Assembly (NCBI GenBank): GCA_023460935.1
Contig: JAEWOI010000026.1
Coordinates: 6,803 to 70,802, forward strand
DNA length: 64,000 nucleotides
DNA from: Actinomycetes bacterium
GTDB lineage: Bacteria > Actinomycetota > Actinomycetes > Propionibacteriales > Propionibacteriaceae
Direction of reading: 5' to 3'
The notes under the pieces were generated by a model. It made no database searches. It worked only from the letters and a program-made list of their open reading frames with translations, and was not told the DNA's origin. The translations under genes and the position numbers were made by a program. Shown one piece after another: positions 1 to 10,300 of the stretch. Position 1 is the first letter of the stretch. The number at the start of each line of letters is the position of its first letter.

Positions 1-2
1 AC

Positions 3-1124
3 GACGCCGGCGACGAGGTGCTGGTTGCGGTGGCGGACCGGATCAGCGGCGAACTGGGCGCCCGCGACCACGCCGGACGCTTCGGCGAGGACGAGTTCCT
101 GGTGCTGCTGCCGGAGGTGGGCGACGCCGCGACCGCGGAGCGCTTCGCCGAGCGTGTCTCGACGGCGATCGCGGCCGAACTCCGGGTGCAGGGCCACCGG
201 CTGGCGCCGACCGCCTCCATCGGCATCGCGCTGTCCACGTCCACCTCGACCACCCAGAGCCTGCTGCGGGATACCGACTCGGCCATGTTCCGCGCCAAGG
301 CCGCCGGTCGCGCCCGGTGGCACTTCCTCGACGAGGAGACCCACCACCTGGCCGTGGCCAGGATGCTGGTGGAGGAGCAGCTGCGGGACGCGATCTCCGC
401 CGGGCAGCTGGTGGTGAAGTACCAGCCGATCGCAGAGCTGGCCACCGGCACCGTGCTCGGCCACGAGGCCCTCGTCCGCTGGCTGCACCCGACCCGCGGG
501 CTCGTGGGGCCCGACCAGTTCCTGGACGTCGCCGAGGCCAGCCGCCTGATCAACCCCATCGGCGCCCGCGTGCTCGATGAGGCCTGCGCGATGCTCGCCC
601 GCCGTCCCGACCTGCCCGGCACGATCAGCGTCAACGTCTCCCCGGTGCAGCTCGCCACCCCCGGCTGGCTGGACGGCGTCACCGAAACCCTGGCCAGGCA
701 CCGGGTGGACCCGCGCCGGCTGGTGATCGAACTCACCGAGACGGTGGCGATGGGCATGACCCCGGACGCCGGCAACGCACTGGAGACCCTCAGCGAGCAG
801 GGTGTCGGCATCCACCTGGACGACTTCGGCACCGGGTACTCATCGATCTCCCTGCTGCGCGACCTGCCGGTCTCGGCTGTGAAGCTCGACATCCGTTTCG
901 TCCACGACCTCACTCCCGGCCCGAGCCGCGGCAACGCCCTGGTGCACGGGCTGGGTGGGCTGGTGGCCGACCTCGGGCTGATCGGCATCGCCGAAGGGGT
1001 GGAGACCCAGGCCCAGATCGAAATGCTGCGCGCCCAGGGCTGGCACTACGGGCAGGGCTACCACCTGGCCCGCCCGGCTGAGGCGCCGGTCACCCAGCTG
1101 CCCGGCTACACCTCCCGGGGCTGA
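3..1124 (+). CDS. GGDEF-EAL domain protein, 5'-truncated by window edge; GGDEF motif degenerate (GEDEF)
   Basis: RFGEDEFLVLL, ASIGIA, DSAMFRAK (GGDEF fold); YQPI, HEALVRW, ELTE, LDDFGTGYSS, AEGVET, GQGYHL (EAL). Confidence 0.93.
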   Translation, partial: DAGDEVLVAVADRISGELGARDHAGRFGEDEFLVLLPEVGDAATAERFAERVSTAIAAELRVQGHRLAPTASIGIALSTSTSTTQSLLRDTDSAMFRAKAAGRARWHFLDEETHHLAVARMLVEEQLRDAISAGQLVVKYQPIAELATGTVLGHEALVRWLHPTRGLVGPDQFLDVAEASRLINPIGARVLDEACAMLARRPDLPGTISVNVSPVQLATPGWLDGVTETLARHRVDPRRLVIELTETVAMGMTPDAGNALETLSEQGVGIHLDDFGTGYSSISLLRDLPVSAVKLDIRFVHDLTPGPSRGNALVHGLGGLVADLGLIGIAEGVETQAQIEMLRAQGWHYGQGYHLARPAEAPVTQLPGYTSRG

Positions 1125-1182
1125 GGCCGAGCGCAACCGCGGTCCGCCCCGCCTCCCGGGCGCACGACCCGGCGGCTGGCGC

Positions 1183-3561
1183 TCAGGCCAGCGCCATGCT
1201 GGCCAGCGGCCCGGCCTCTGCGGCCTGCTCGGTCTGGCCGCCCCGCCAGCTGCTGAGCCAGTTGGCCAGCTCTGCCGCAGGCACCGGCCTGGACATGAAG
1301 TACCCCTGCGCCTGGTCGCAGCCCAGCCGGGTCAACTCGTCGTAGGTGGTCTCGGTCTCCACACCCTCGGCGACGATTCGCAGGCCGAGGCTGTGCGCCA
1401 GCGTGATCGTGGACGCCACCAGCGCGGCGGTGCGGGCGTCGTCGGTCATCGGGGTGACGAACGACCGGTCGAGCTTCACCTCGTCGATCGGCAGGTCACG
1501 AAGGTAGGACAGCGAGTTGTAGCCCGAGCCGAAGTCGTCGACGGAGATCCGCACCCCGCTGTTGCGGAGCCGGCTGAGGATGGTGTGCGCCAGCGCGCGG
1601 TCGACCATCAGGAACTCCTCGGTGATCTCCAGCAGCAGGGCACTGGCCGGCAGGCCCCGGTCGGCGAGCATCCCGGCAACCTGGCCGGGCAGGCTGGTGT
1701 CGTCCAGGGAGCTGGCCGAAAGGTTCACCGCGACGGTGAGCGGGTGGCCGTCCCGGTGCCACTCGGCAGCCTGGTCCAGCGCCTTGGCCAGCACCACCCG
1801 GGTGAGGGTGGGCATGAGCCCCGCCGTCTCCACCAGGCCAAGGAAGTCGCCGGGGTACAGCAGGCCGCGGTCGGGGTGCTGCCAGCGCACCAGCGCCTCC
1901 ACGCTGTGCACCTGGCCCGTGTCGAGCTCGACCTTCGGCTGGTAGTGCAGCACCAGCTGGTCACTGCCCAGCGCCGAGCGCAGCTCCTGCACGGTCTGCA
2001 GGTTCGTTGCGGCGTCGACGTCGTCGTCCGGGCTGTACACGTGGTACCCCGACTGGGACGACTTGGCCTTGTACATTGCGATGTCGGCCTTGCGCAGCAG
2101 GACGCTGAGGTCGGGCCCGTCGTCGGGGAACAGCGCGATCCCGATGCTCACTCCGACCCGCAGCAGGGTGTCCTCCACCATCAACGGCTCGGTGACGGCG
2201 GTGCACAGCCTGGCCGCGGTGTGCTCGGCCTCGGCCCGTCCGGCGTCATGCAGCAGGACGGCGAACTCGTCCCCGCCCAGCCGGGCCAGGGTGTCCTCGG
2301 AGCGCAGGATGGCCCGCAGGCGCTGGCCAACCTGCACCAGCAGCTGGTCGCCGGCGCGGTGCCCGAGGGTGTCGTTGACCTCCTTGAACCGGTCGAGGTC
2401 GAGCATCAGCAGGGCCTGGTGCCCGCGTCCGGGCAGGCTGAAGCGGTTCGCGCCCTCGGTGTAGAGGGCGCGGCGGTTCGGCAGGCCGGTCAGCTCGTCC
2501 GTCACGGCCGCGACCAGCCGCTGTTCGGCCATGCGCTCGAGCATCCTGGCCGCGAGCTGGGCGCGCAGGCCGGCGGCCAGCAGCGCTCCGGCGGCCAGGA
2601 CGAGGGCGAGCGGGGACACCCGCACCTGGCTGCTGAGCACCAGCACGCCCAGGCCGGCGAGGGTGGCGGCCGAGGACACCGCCAGAGCGGCGGCCCTGGC
2701 CGTGCGTGGTGCCAGCAGCGGCCTTCTCCTCCGGCGTCCGACGCCGTCCACCCACCTGGCCATCAGCGCCAGCCCGATCGCCCAGCCGGCATCGAGCGGG
2801 GTCCCCAGCACATAGGTGTCGGACGCCACCTGCAGCCCGTAGGCCACGTCCGCCGCGGCGAAGATGAGCAGCCCGCCGGCAAGCAGCAGCCAGTGGTGGC
2901 CCATGCGCACGCCGGGCAGGGCCATGATTCCGGCGACCGCCGACACGAGCACCAGGTCTGACATCGGGGCGGCCAACGCGACAGCCAGGGCGAGCGGGGA
3001 CAGCTCGCTCTGGCTCAGGTCCAGCACCGGGTGCAGCACCACGGCCAGCACCGCCCCGGCCCCCAGCGAGCCGACCGCGCAGTCGAGCCAGACCGACGGC
3101 GCCAGGCGCCGCGCCCGCTGGCGGACGGTCACAATGAGCGCGCCAAGGAGCAGCGGGTAGACCAGCAGGTAGCCGGCATCGGCGAGGGACGGGAAGGGCA
3201 GCTCTTCGCCGCCGAGCGTCATCAGGACGTAGTAGGTGTCGCCCGCGGCGAAAGAGGTGACGGCAGCGGCTGCCAGCAGCACTTCGGGTCGACGCCGGCC
3301 GAGCCGGAAGACCGCGAGCCAGCACACCGTGGCCGGCAGCCACACCGTGAGCACGCCGAGCCAGCCGTCGACGAAGGCGCCGAACCAGCCCTCCCACGGC
3401 GGCGCGAGCCCCGCGCCGTGCAGCGCGAGCGAGCCGACGTAGAGCCCGGCCAGCAGCCACATGGTGGCGAGTACGGCCACCCTGGCAGCTGCCCGTCGCC
3501 GCAGCGCGCGGTCAGTACCGTCGTGCCGGCCAGGCGCCGGCTTCCAATTCCGCTTCAACAT
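1183..3561 (-). CDS. Membrane-bound diguanylate cyclase/phosphodiesterase (multi-TM + GGDEF + EAL)
   Basis: Hydrophobic N-terminal half; DELTGLPNRR, DLDRFKEVND, RLGGDEF, EALVRW, DDFGSGYNSLSYL, AEGVET. Start placed at ATG 3561; ORF is open to 3672. Confidence 0.93.
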   Translation of the reverse strand: MLKRNWKPAPGRHDGTDRALRRRAAARVAVLATMWLLAGLYVGSLALHGAGLAPPWEGWFGAFVDGWLGVLTVWLPATVCWLAVFRLGRRRPEVLLAAAAVTSFAAGDTYYVLMTLGGEELPFPSLADAGYLLVYPLLLGALIVTVRQRARRLAPSVWLDCAVGSLGAGAVLAVVLHPVLDLSQSELSPLALAVALAAPMSDLVLVSAVAGIMALPGVRMGHHWLLLAGGLLIFAAADVAYGLQVASDTYVLGTPLDAGWAIGLALMARWVDGVGRRRRRPLLAPRTARAAALAVSSAATLAGLGVLVLSSQVRVSPLALVLAAGALLAAGLRAQLAARMLERMAEQRLVAAVTDELTGLPNRRALYTEGANRFSLPGRGHQALLMLDLDRFKEVNDTLGHRAGDQLLVQVGQRLRAILRSEDTLARLGGDEFAVLLHDAGRAEAEHTAARLCTAVTEPLMVEDTLLRVGVSIGIALFPDDGPDLSVLLRKADIAMYKAKSSQSGYHVYSPDDDVDAATNLQTVQELRSALGSDQLVLHYQPKVELDTGQVHSVEALVRWQHPDRGLLYPGDFLGLVETAGLMPTLTRVVLAKALDQAAEWHRDGHPLTVAVNLSASSLDDTSLPGQVAGMLADRGLPASALLLEITEEFLMVDRALAHTILSRLRNSGVRISVDDFGSGYNSLSYLRDLPIDEVKLDRSFVTPMTDDARTAALVASTITLAHSLGLRIVAEGVETETTYDELTRLGCDQAQGYFMSRPVPAAELANWLSSWRGGQTEQAAEAGPLASMALA

Positions 3562-3638
3562 CTCACATCCACCCGTAAGGCCCCTCAGGATGGCTGGCCC
3601 GGGCATCGTCTGCGCTGACACGTCCCGTCCCCTCCAAT

Positions 3639-3731
3639 CCGCAACTCTCGCGAACCCGGGGCTCCGGCTCAAGTCCCCACAAGGGGACTGCTGATGGGCC
3701 TGGGAGAACCCCGGGGGTGCCGGAGTTGCGG
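3639..3731 (-). promoter_or_regulatory. Long imperfect hairpin upstream of the GGDEF-EAL gene (candidate cis-regulatory RNA)
   Basis: Nested complementary arms on the minus strand: CCGCAACTC/GAGTTGCGG, CCCGGGGTTCT/GGAGCCCCGGG, AGTCCCC-TTGT-GGGGACT. Confidence 0.45.
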
Positions 3732-3948
3732 TCCAGCCGCGCGGAGCCTACTACCCCTGCGGGGCAGCAGTTGACCGTAGCCACGGCGGGATAGGTGGTG
3801 TCAGGCCCGGCCCGGTTCAGCCCGGCAGCATGGAGGGTTGTCGCGCGCTATCAACCCGCGCGGTTAATTCACCATGCGACCGTCTCGTGGGGACGCCGGT
3901 CACCGTTTCCGACGCGACCACTTTGCGGGGCCGCCCGACACTCTCCGA

Positions 3949-4010
3949 ACGCCGACGAAAGGCGCAGAAGCCGACGAACGTTCGACGGCTTCTGCCACTT
4001 TCGTCGGCGT
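3949..4010. repeat. Palindromic REP-like element family A, copy 1
   Basis: ACGCCGACGAAA-GGCGCAGAAGCCGACGAACGTTCGACGGCTTCTGCCAC-TTTCGTCGGCGT; close copies at 5419 and 17446. Confidence 0.9.
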
Positions 4011-4226
4011 CTGAGGGGGGTCGAGCGGGTGGCCGTGTACGGGACTGTACGAGCCGCTGGCGGCCAGCTCGGGGCCGATCGCCGGTCAATAGAGTCCGAT
4101 CGGATGCTGCGCCGCAGTCGGCCAGTCGGGTGACCGCTCCACTTGGCCAGCCGCGACCGGACAACTGGCAGCACCGACCACCCGCGTCCCGACCCGGACC
4201 GGCACCCCACCTGAAGGAGCACCCCC

Positions 4227-5405
4227 ATGAAGCGATCGGTCCGTATCGCTGCGGCATTGTCCGTCAGCGTCTGCGTGGCGGCGATGTCAGCCGTGACCCC
4301 CTCGGCGAGAGCCGCGACGTTCACCGCCACCACCGGTGCGGTCTTCAACAACCCGTTGGTGGAGGCCGACAAGTGGAAGGTCCCAGATCACTTCATCGAC
4401 CTGATCAATGCCGCGGACACCGGCTCCCAGATCAACGTGGCCGAGTACGTCTTCGCCACCCGACCCGTCGCGGACGCACTCGTGGCGGCCTCCGCAAGAG
4501 GGATCCAGGTGCGGGTCGTCGTCGACCACGAGTCCGCAACGTACGACACCAACCCTGGCTACGACGTCCTGAAGGCGGCCTTCGCCGATTTCGACTCCCT
4601 CACCTCCACGCAACGATTGACTCGCTCCTGGCTGCAGACCTGCTCGAGCGGACGTGCCTGCCTCGCCGGGGCCCCCACCGAGCGGAACCCGATCCAGCAC
4701 AACAAGTTCCTGCTGTTGAGCAGCGTGGCCGGGCAGAAGGTTGTGGTTGAGGCTTCGCAGAACCTCACCACCACCAACATGTGGAACAACGCGGTCACCG
4801 TCGTGGGTGACGACCAGCTGTACGGCCACTTCTTCACCTACTTCAACCGGCTGGCGCACAACGAGCACAACGACGACAACGTCTACGACGACTTCGGCGG
4901 CACCGGCACCACCAACTCATCGAAGGTGTGGTTCTTCCCGCGCGCCGTCCCCGCCTCGGGGAATCAGAACGGGAACGACACCATCGGCGACATCCTGGCC
5001 AACGTCGCGTGCAGCGGCGCCAGGATCAGGATCGGCATGCGAAACCTGGACGACGACCGGCAGCGGATAGCCACCGAGTTGGTCGACTGCGCCCGGGCAG
5101 GAGCCACAGTGGAGATCGTCTACTCCGAGATGGGAACCGACTTCCGCGACATCATCAAGCAGAGCTCCAGGATTACGAGGTACCGCATGGGCGACGCCCT
5201 GCCGAGCGTGCACTCCAAGTACATGACCGTCGACGGCACGTTCTCGGGAACCGCGGGCAAGTGGATCTTCACCGGAAGCCACAACTACGACCGTGATTCG
5301 CTGCGCGACAACGACGAGAGCCTGCTGCGGCTGAACAACTCCGGCGTGTTCGCCCAGTTCCAGGCCAACTTCGACGCCATGAAGGCCGTCGCGACGCCGA
5401 TGTAG
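4227..5405 (+). CDS. Secreted phospholipase D-superfamily protein (two HKD-type domains)
   Basis: Signal peptide ending ARA-A; HNKFLLLS..ASQNLT and HSKYMTVD..TGSHNY motifs; RBS AAGGAG. Confidence 0.88.
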   Translation: MKRSVRIAAALSVSVCVAAMSAVTPSARAATFTATTGAVFNNPLVEADKWKVPDHFIDLINAADTGSQINVAEYVFATRPVADALVAASARGIQVRVVVDHESATYDTNPGYDVLKAAFADFDSLTSTQRLTRSWLQTCSSGRACLAGAPTERNPIQHNKFLLLSSVAGQKVVVEASQNLTTTNMWNNAVTVVGDDQLYGHFFTYFNRLAHNEHNDDNVYDDFGGTGTTNSSKVWFFPRAVPASGNQNGNDTIGDILANVACSGARIRIGMRNLDDDRQRIATELVDCARAGATVEIVYSEMGTDFRDIIKQSSRITRYRMGDALPSVHSKYMTVDGTFSGTAGKWIFTGSHNYDRDSLRDNDESLLRLNNSGVFAQFQANFDAMKAVATPM

Positions 5406-5418
5406 TGCTCTCACCCGG

Positions 5419-5480
5419 ACGCCGACAGAACGTGCAGAAGCCGACGAACCTTCGTCGGCTTCTGCCATTTTCGTCGGCGT
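5419..5480. repeat. Palindromic REP-like element family A, copy 2 (may also act as terminator)
   Basis: ACGCCGACAGAACGTGCAGAAGCCGACGAACCTTCGTCGGCTTCTGCCATTTTCGTCGGCGT, just after the PLD stop. Confidence 0.9.
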
Positions 5481-5693
5481 TTGACGCGCGGCGGAGAGCC
5501 AGGTGAGGTCGGGCGAGCGGGCGAGGCGGGCAAGCCGGCATGGAGCGAGGCGACCGAAGGACGGGGGCCTTCGCGGGACAGCGCGTCTGCGGGGACGGCG
5601 GCGCAACGCGGCAGGCTGCGCCGGTTGGCTTAACCTTGGCGTCGTCAATGGAGAACTCGGCTGGCTTCGTCGAATGCAGCGCCGGGAGGGTGC

Positions 5694-6623
5694 ATGAGCG
5701 TTTCCGCGTCGGGCCGGGAGCAGGCCCCGGGCCAGGAGCCACGCGCAGCTTCCGCTGATCCGGTGATCCTGTGCGAGAGCGTCGTGCGGATCCACCGGCA
5801 CGGCTCCATCGAGGTGCAGGCGCTGCAGGGGCTCGACCTGCACGTGGCCCGCGGCGAGATGATCGCCGTGGTGGGGCCATCGGGCGCGGGCAAGTCCACA
5901 TTGCTCTCGATCCTGGCCGGCGCGGACGCCCCGTCCGCCGGGGTGGTGCGGGTGGCCGGCCGCGACCTCACCCGCATGACCGGCAGGGAGCGGGTGGAGT
6001 ACCGGCGCACGGTGGTGGGCCTGGTGCAGCAGCAGACCTCGCGGAACCTGATTCCGTACCTGTCCGCAGCGGAGAACATCGCCGTGCCGCTGGGCCTGGC
6101 CGGCTACCCGCGCGCGGGGCGGGCCGCGCGGGCGGCGGAGCTGCTGGACCGGTTCGGCGTCGCGGGCTGTGCCGACCGGCTGCCCGGCCAGCTGTCGGGC
6201 GGTGAGCAGCAGCGGGTGGCGATCGCGGTCGCGCTGGCCAACGACCCGCCCGTCCTGCTGGCGGACGAGCCGACCGGCGAACTCGACACAGCCACGTCCC
6301 ACGAGATCTTCGAGAGCCTGCGCGCGGCGAGCGCCGAGGACGGGGTGACCGTCGTCGTGGTCACCCACGACCCCACCGTCAGCGGCCAGGTAGGGCGGAC
6401 GGTGGCCATCCGCGACGGCCGCACCAGCTCGGAGGTGCTGCGGCACACGGAGCACTCCGAAGACGGTGAGGCGCGCGTCGTCGCCCAGGAGTTCGCCGTG
6501 ATGGACCGGGCCGGCCGGGTGCAGGTGCCACGGGAGTTCCGGCAGGCGCTCGCCCTCACCAGGCGCGTCCGCCTCGCCCTCGAAGCCGACCACCTCCAGC
6601 TGTGGCCGGACGGACGCCGATGA
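5694..6623 (+). CDS. ABC transporter ATP-binding protein (LolD/MacB-like) with C-terminal AbrB-like extension
   Basis: GPSGAGKST, LSGGEQQR, LADEPTG, VTHD; C-terminal MDRAGRVQVPREFRQAL. Confidence 0.92.
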   Translation: MSVSASGREQAPGQEPRAASADPVILCESVVRIHRHGSIEVQALQGLDLHVARGEMIAVVGPSGAGKSTLLSILAGADAPSAGVVRVAGRDLTRMTGRERVEYRRTVVGLVQQQTSRNLIPYLSAAENIAVPLGLAGYPRAGRAARAAELLDRFGVAGCADRLPGQLSGGEQQRVAIAVALANDPPVLLADEPTGELDTATSHEIFESLRAASAEDGVTVVVVTHDPTVSGQVGRTVAIRDGRTSSEVLRHTEHSEDGEARVVAQEFAVMDRAGRVQVPREFRQALALTRRVRLALEADHLQLWPDGRR

Positions 6624-7312
6624 GCCGCTCCCGCTTCCGGCTGATGGTGGACGTCCGCTCGGTCGGGCGCACCTACGGTTCGGGCCGCTCGGCCGTGACG
6701 GCGCTGCACGAGGTGTCGCTCGCGGTCGCCGAGGGTGAGCTGGTGGCGCTCGCCGGCCGCTCCGGTTCGGGCAAGACCACCCTGCTCAACATCATCGGCG
6801 GCCTCGACCGGCCCGACGCCGGTGAGGTGATCGTCGACGGCACCGACCTGGCCCGGCTCGACGAAGGCGGCCTTGAGCAGGTGCGGCGGGACAAGGTGGC
6901 CTTCATCTTCCAGGGCTTCGGCCTGGTGCCCGAGTTGACCGCCGCGGAGAACGTGGGGCTGCCGCTGCGACTGCGGCGAACGCCGCCGGCCGACCGCGAG
7001 CGGCGGGCGGCGCTGCTGCTCGAACTGGTCGGTCTCGGGGAGCACGGCGAGCACCGGCCCGACGAGTTGTCCGGTGGGCAGATGCAGCGGGTGGCGATCG
7101 CCCGGGCGCTGGCCGGTTCGCCCCGCCTGCTGATCGCGGACGAGCCGACCGGGCAGCTCGACACCGAGACCGGCCTGGCGGTGATGGCCCTGATTCGCGG
7201 AGTGGTGGAGGCCGAGGGGATGACCGCGATCGTCTCCACCCACGACCCCGTAATGATGGCGCTGGCCGACCGGGTCATCCGGATCGAGGACGGCAGGCTC
7301 GTCGATGCCTGA
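6620..7312 (+). CDS. ABC transporter ATP-binding protein (LolD/MacB-like)
   Basis: GRSGSGKTT, LSGGQMQR, ADEPTG, STHD; ATGA overlap with the upstream stop. Confidence 0.93.
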   Translation: MSRSRFRLMVDVRSVGRTYGSGRSAVTALHEVSLAVAEGELVALAGRSGSGKTTLLNIIGGLDRPDAGEVIVDGTDLARLDEGGLEQVRRDKVAFIFQGFGLVPELTAAENVGLPLRLRRTPPADRERRAALLLELVGLGEHGEHRPDELSGGQMQRVAIARALAGSPRLLIADEPTGQLDTETGLAVMALIRGVVEAEGMTAIVSTHDPVMMALADRVIRIEDGRLVDA

Positions 7313-10300
7313 CCCGGCCCTGCCGGCCGTCCGGGGTGGGCCGGAGGTGGACGGGAACAGGAACCGTCCCCGCGAGGTGAATGGAAACAGGAACCGTCCC
7401 CGGAAGGTGAACGGGAATCGGAACCGTTCCCGGGGGAGCCAGGGGGCGGTTCCGGTTCCGGTTCACGCCCGCAGGGCGCTGGCCCAGGCCGGGCTGGTCG
7501 CGGCCCTGCTCGCGGTGTTCACGGTGTGCGCTGCCGCGGCCGGCACCAGTGCGCTGCTGCTCACCGCAGGTAGCGAGCGCGCCCTCTCCGCGGCCGTCGC
7601 GCTGGCCGACGGCACCGCGGCCGGCGGCGGGGCGGACGTCACCAGCGTGGTGGTGACCGGCTCCACCGTCACCGGCCCGCTCCAGACCAACGCTGCCACG
7701 CTCACCCCGCTGATCCGCCGAACCCTCGAAGAGACCGCGGCGCCGTACCGCGCCGAGGTTTCGGTGTGGTCGAACACCCCGATGCTCTACCTCGACGGCG
7801 AGGACGTCCGCTGCGCCTACCTGCTCGACGCCGACACCGTGTCCCGGCACGCAGCCCTGCTCTCCGGGACGTGGCCGGCCCCGACGGCCACGGAGGTGAT
7901 CGGCGTCGCCGTCCCCGCGCCCGCTGCCCGGGCGCTCGGCCTGGACGTCGGGACCCGGATGCGGCTGTCCGCGGCCCGCAGCGGACCCGGACCGGCCACC
8001 TCCTACCTGGTCGAAGTCACCGGTGTGTTCACCGCCGACGCGACCCAGGCCTGGGACCGCGACACCCTCCAGGGCCGGGGGTACCACCCGGACTACCTGC
8101 GGCTGCCGACCGCCGGGCCGTTCGTCGTGGCTCCAGGGACGCTGGCCGAGTTCGCGGCACCCGTGGAACGGGTCACCGCCGTGCTGGACCCAGACCTGGC
8201 CGCCGACGCCGCCGGGGTGCCGGCGTTCGTCGACCGGCTCGCCGGCCTCGGGACGCGGCTGAAGGACGCCGCCGGGCCCGCGATCAACCCGGTCGTGGTC
8301 TGGTCGGGGCTGGGGGCGGAGTTCGCCCGCCTGCAGGCCGAACTCGCCGTGACGAACGCGCTGGTGCTCGCGGTCTTCGTTCCGGTGCTCGTCCTCGGCG
8401 CGGTGGCGGCGGCCCTCGTGGCCCGCGTGCTGCTGGCGCGGCGCGGCACGGAACTGGTGCTCCTCGGCGACCGCGGCGCGTCCGCAGGCCAACTGGTGCG
8501 CGCCGCGTCGATTGAGGCGGTCGCGATCGCCCTGGTGGCGGCCGTCGCCGCGCTGCCGGTCGCGCTCGCGGCCTACGGCGCCACCGCGCCCACCACGCCG
8601 GTCGCGATCGCGACTGCCCCCGGCCAGGATGCGCCGTCCGCCGCTGTGCTCGCGGCCGCACTGCTCGCCGGTGCCGTCCTGCCGGCGCTGGTGATGGTTG
8701 GCGCGATGCTGCCCGAGCGCCAGCGGCGGGGCCGCCATTTGGTGTCGGGACGGCTGGCGCGGTCGGGGATCGACGTCCTGCTCGTCGCGGTCGCGGTAGT
8801 GGCCTACCTGCAGCTCCGCGCCCACGTCGCGCCGGCCGGCACCATCGACCCCCTGCTGGTCGCCGGGCCGGCGGTGTGCGTCCTGGCGCTGGCCGCGGTG
8901 GCCATGCGAGCGCTGCTGGCGCTGGCGAGCTGGGCCGATGCCGCGGCCGGACGTGCCCGCAGCCTGGTGCTGCCGCTCGCTGGGTGGCACGTCGCGCGCG
9001 GCGGTGCGGCCAGGGGCGGGTTCCTACTGGTCCTCGCCACCGCGGTCGCGACCCTCGGCACCGCCGTCCTCGGCACCTGGTCGGCCTCCCAGGGTGAGCA
9101 GGCCGCGGCACAGGTCGGAGCCGACCTGGTGGTCACCCGGCCCGGAACCCCGGCCACGGCGCAGGAGCTGAGAGCGGCCACCGGCGGGCAGGTGACGCCG
9201 GTCTCCGACCGGGCGGTGGTGCTCGGCAGCCGGCCCAACGGGGTCAAGCTGCTCGCGCTGGACGCGGCCCTGGCCGGCAGCATGCTCACCTCCCGGCCGC
9301 CGGACGGCACCACCTGGCCCCAGGTGCTCACCGGTCTTGCGCCACAGGGCGGCGCCGTTCCGCTGGACACCGGACGCGGACCCACCGAGCTCACCATCAC
9401 CGGCGGCCTCGCCGCGCGGACTGCCGGGCTGCCCGCCCCGGTGGTCACCGCCACCCCGACGCTGGTCCTGGCAGACGAAGCCGGCTCGACCGCCACCCAG
9501 GCCGGCACCGAGGTGGCCCTTGACGGCCGCCCGCACACCGTCCGGCTGCCGGCCCCGGGAGAACCCGGGCTGCCGGAGGGGAACTGGCGAGTGGTCGCCA
9601 TCGACCTGCTGCTGGCCGACCACACCGCAGCCGACCTGCTCGCCTGGGGCAACAACTCCGCCGGCATGCGGGTGCAGGTCTCCGTACGCGGGGCGTCGTC
9701 CGGGGGCGGCGCCTGGGGAGCGGCCGGCGACCCGGGGGAGGGCGCGGTGCGGCCGGAGGAGTTCCGCGCCGACGGCGGCACCGTCGCGGGCACGTTCTCC
9801 TACTCGGTCCTCGGCCTTTCGTGGCAGGACGCGCACCTGACGCTGCTCAGCTTCCCTGCTGCGCCGCAGCTGCCGGTCGCGCTGAGCGACGGCCTGGCCA
9901 CAGAACTCGGGCTCGCCACCGGGGACCGGATCGGCCTCGCCTGGGACACCATCTCGCTTGAGGCGGTGGTCGTCCGCACGGTGCCCTACGTGCCCGGGCA
10001 CGCCCGCGAGGCCGCCCTGCTGGCCGATCGTGGCTCGCTGCAGCGGGCCCTGTTGAGCGCCGGCGCGCTCGGGCCGGTCACCGACGCGTGGTGGGTTGCC
10101 GGCCCCCGTCCGGGGGCGGCCGAGGCACTGCGTGCCGCGGGGAGCGGGCCGGTGGTGGACCGCGCCGAGACGGCTGCGGCGCTGCTGCAGGGACCGCTGC
10201 GTGCGCCGCTGCCGGTGGCCTGGTGGTACGCCATCGCTGCAGCCGTGGGCCTCGCCGTAGCCGGGTCGGCGGCCAACGCCGCTGCGGAGGCCCAGCGCAG

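Noticed and set aside
1393..2961. Long antisense or alternate-frame ORFs here and throughout (e.g. 37705-39885, 51836-54001)
   Set aside because: Shadow ORFs expected from high GC3 codon bias; no motifs, and each overlaps a well-supported gene.
3639..3731. Known c-di-GMP or c-di-AMP riboswitch
   Set aside because: I could not find the consensus elements by eye, so it is kept only as an unassigned structured leader.
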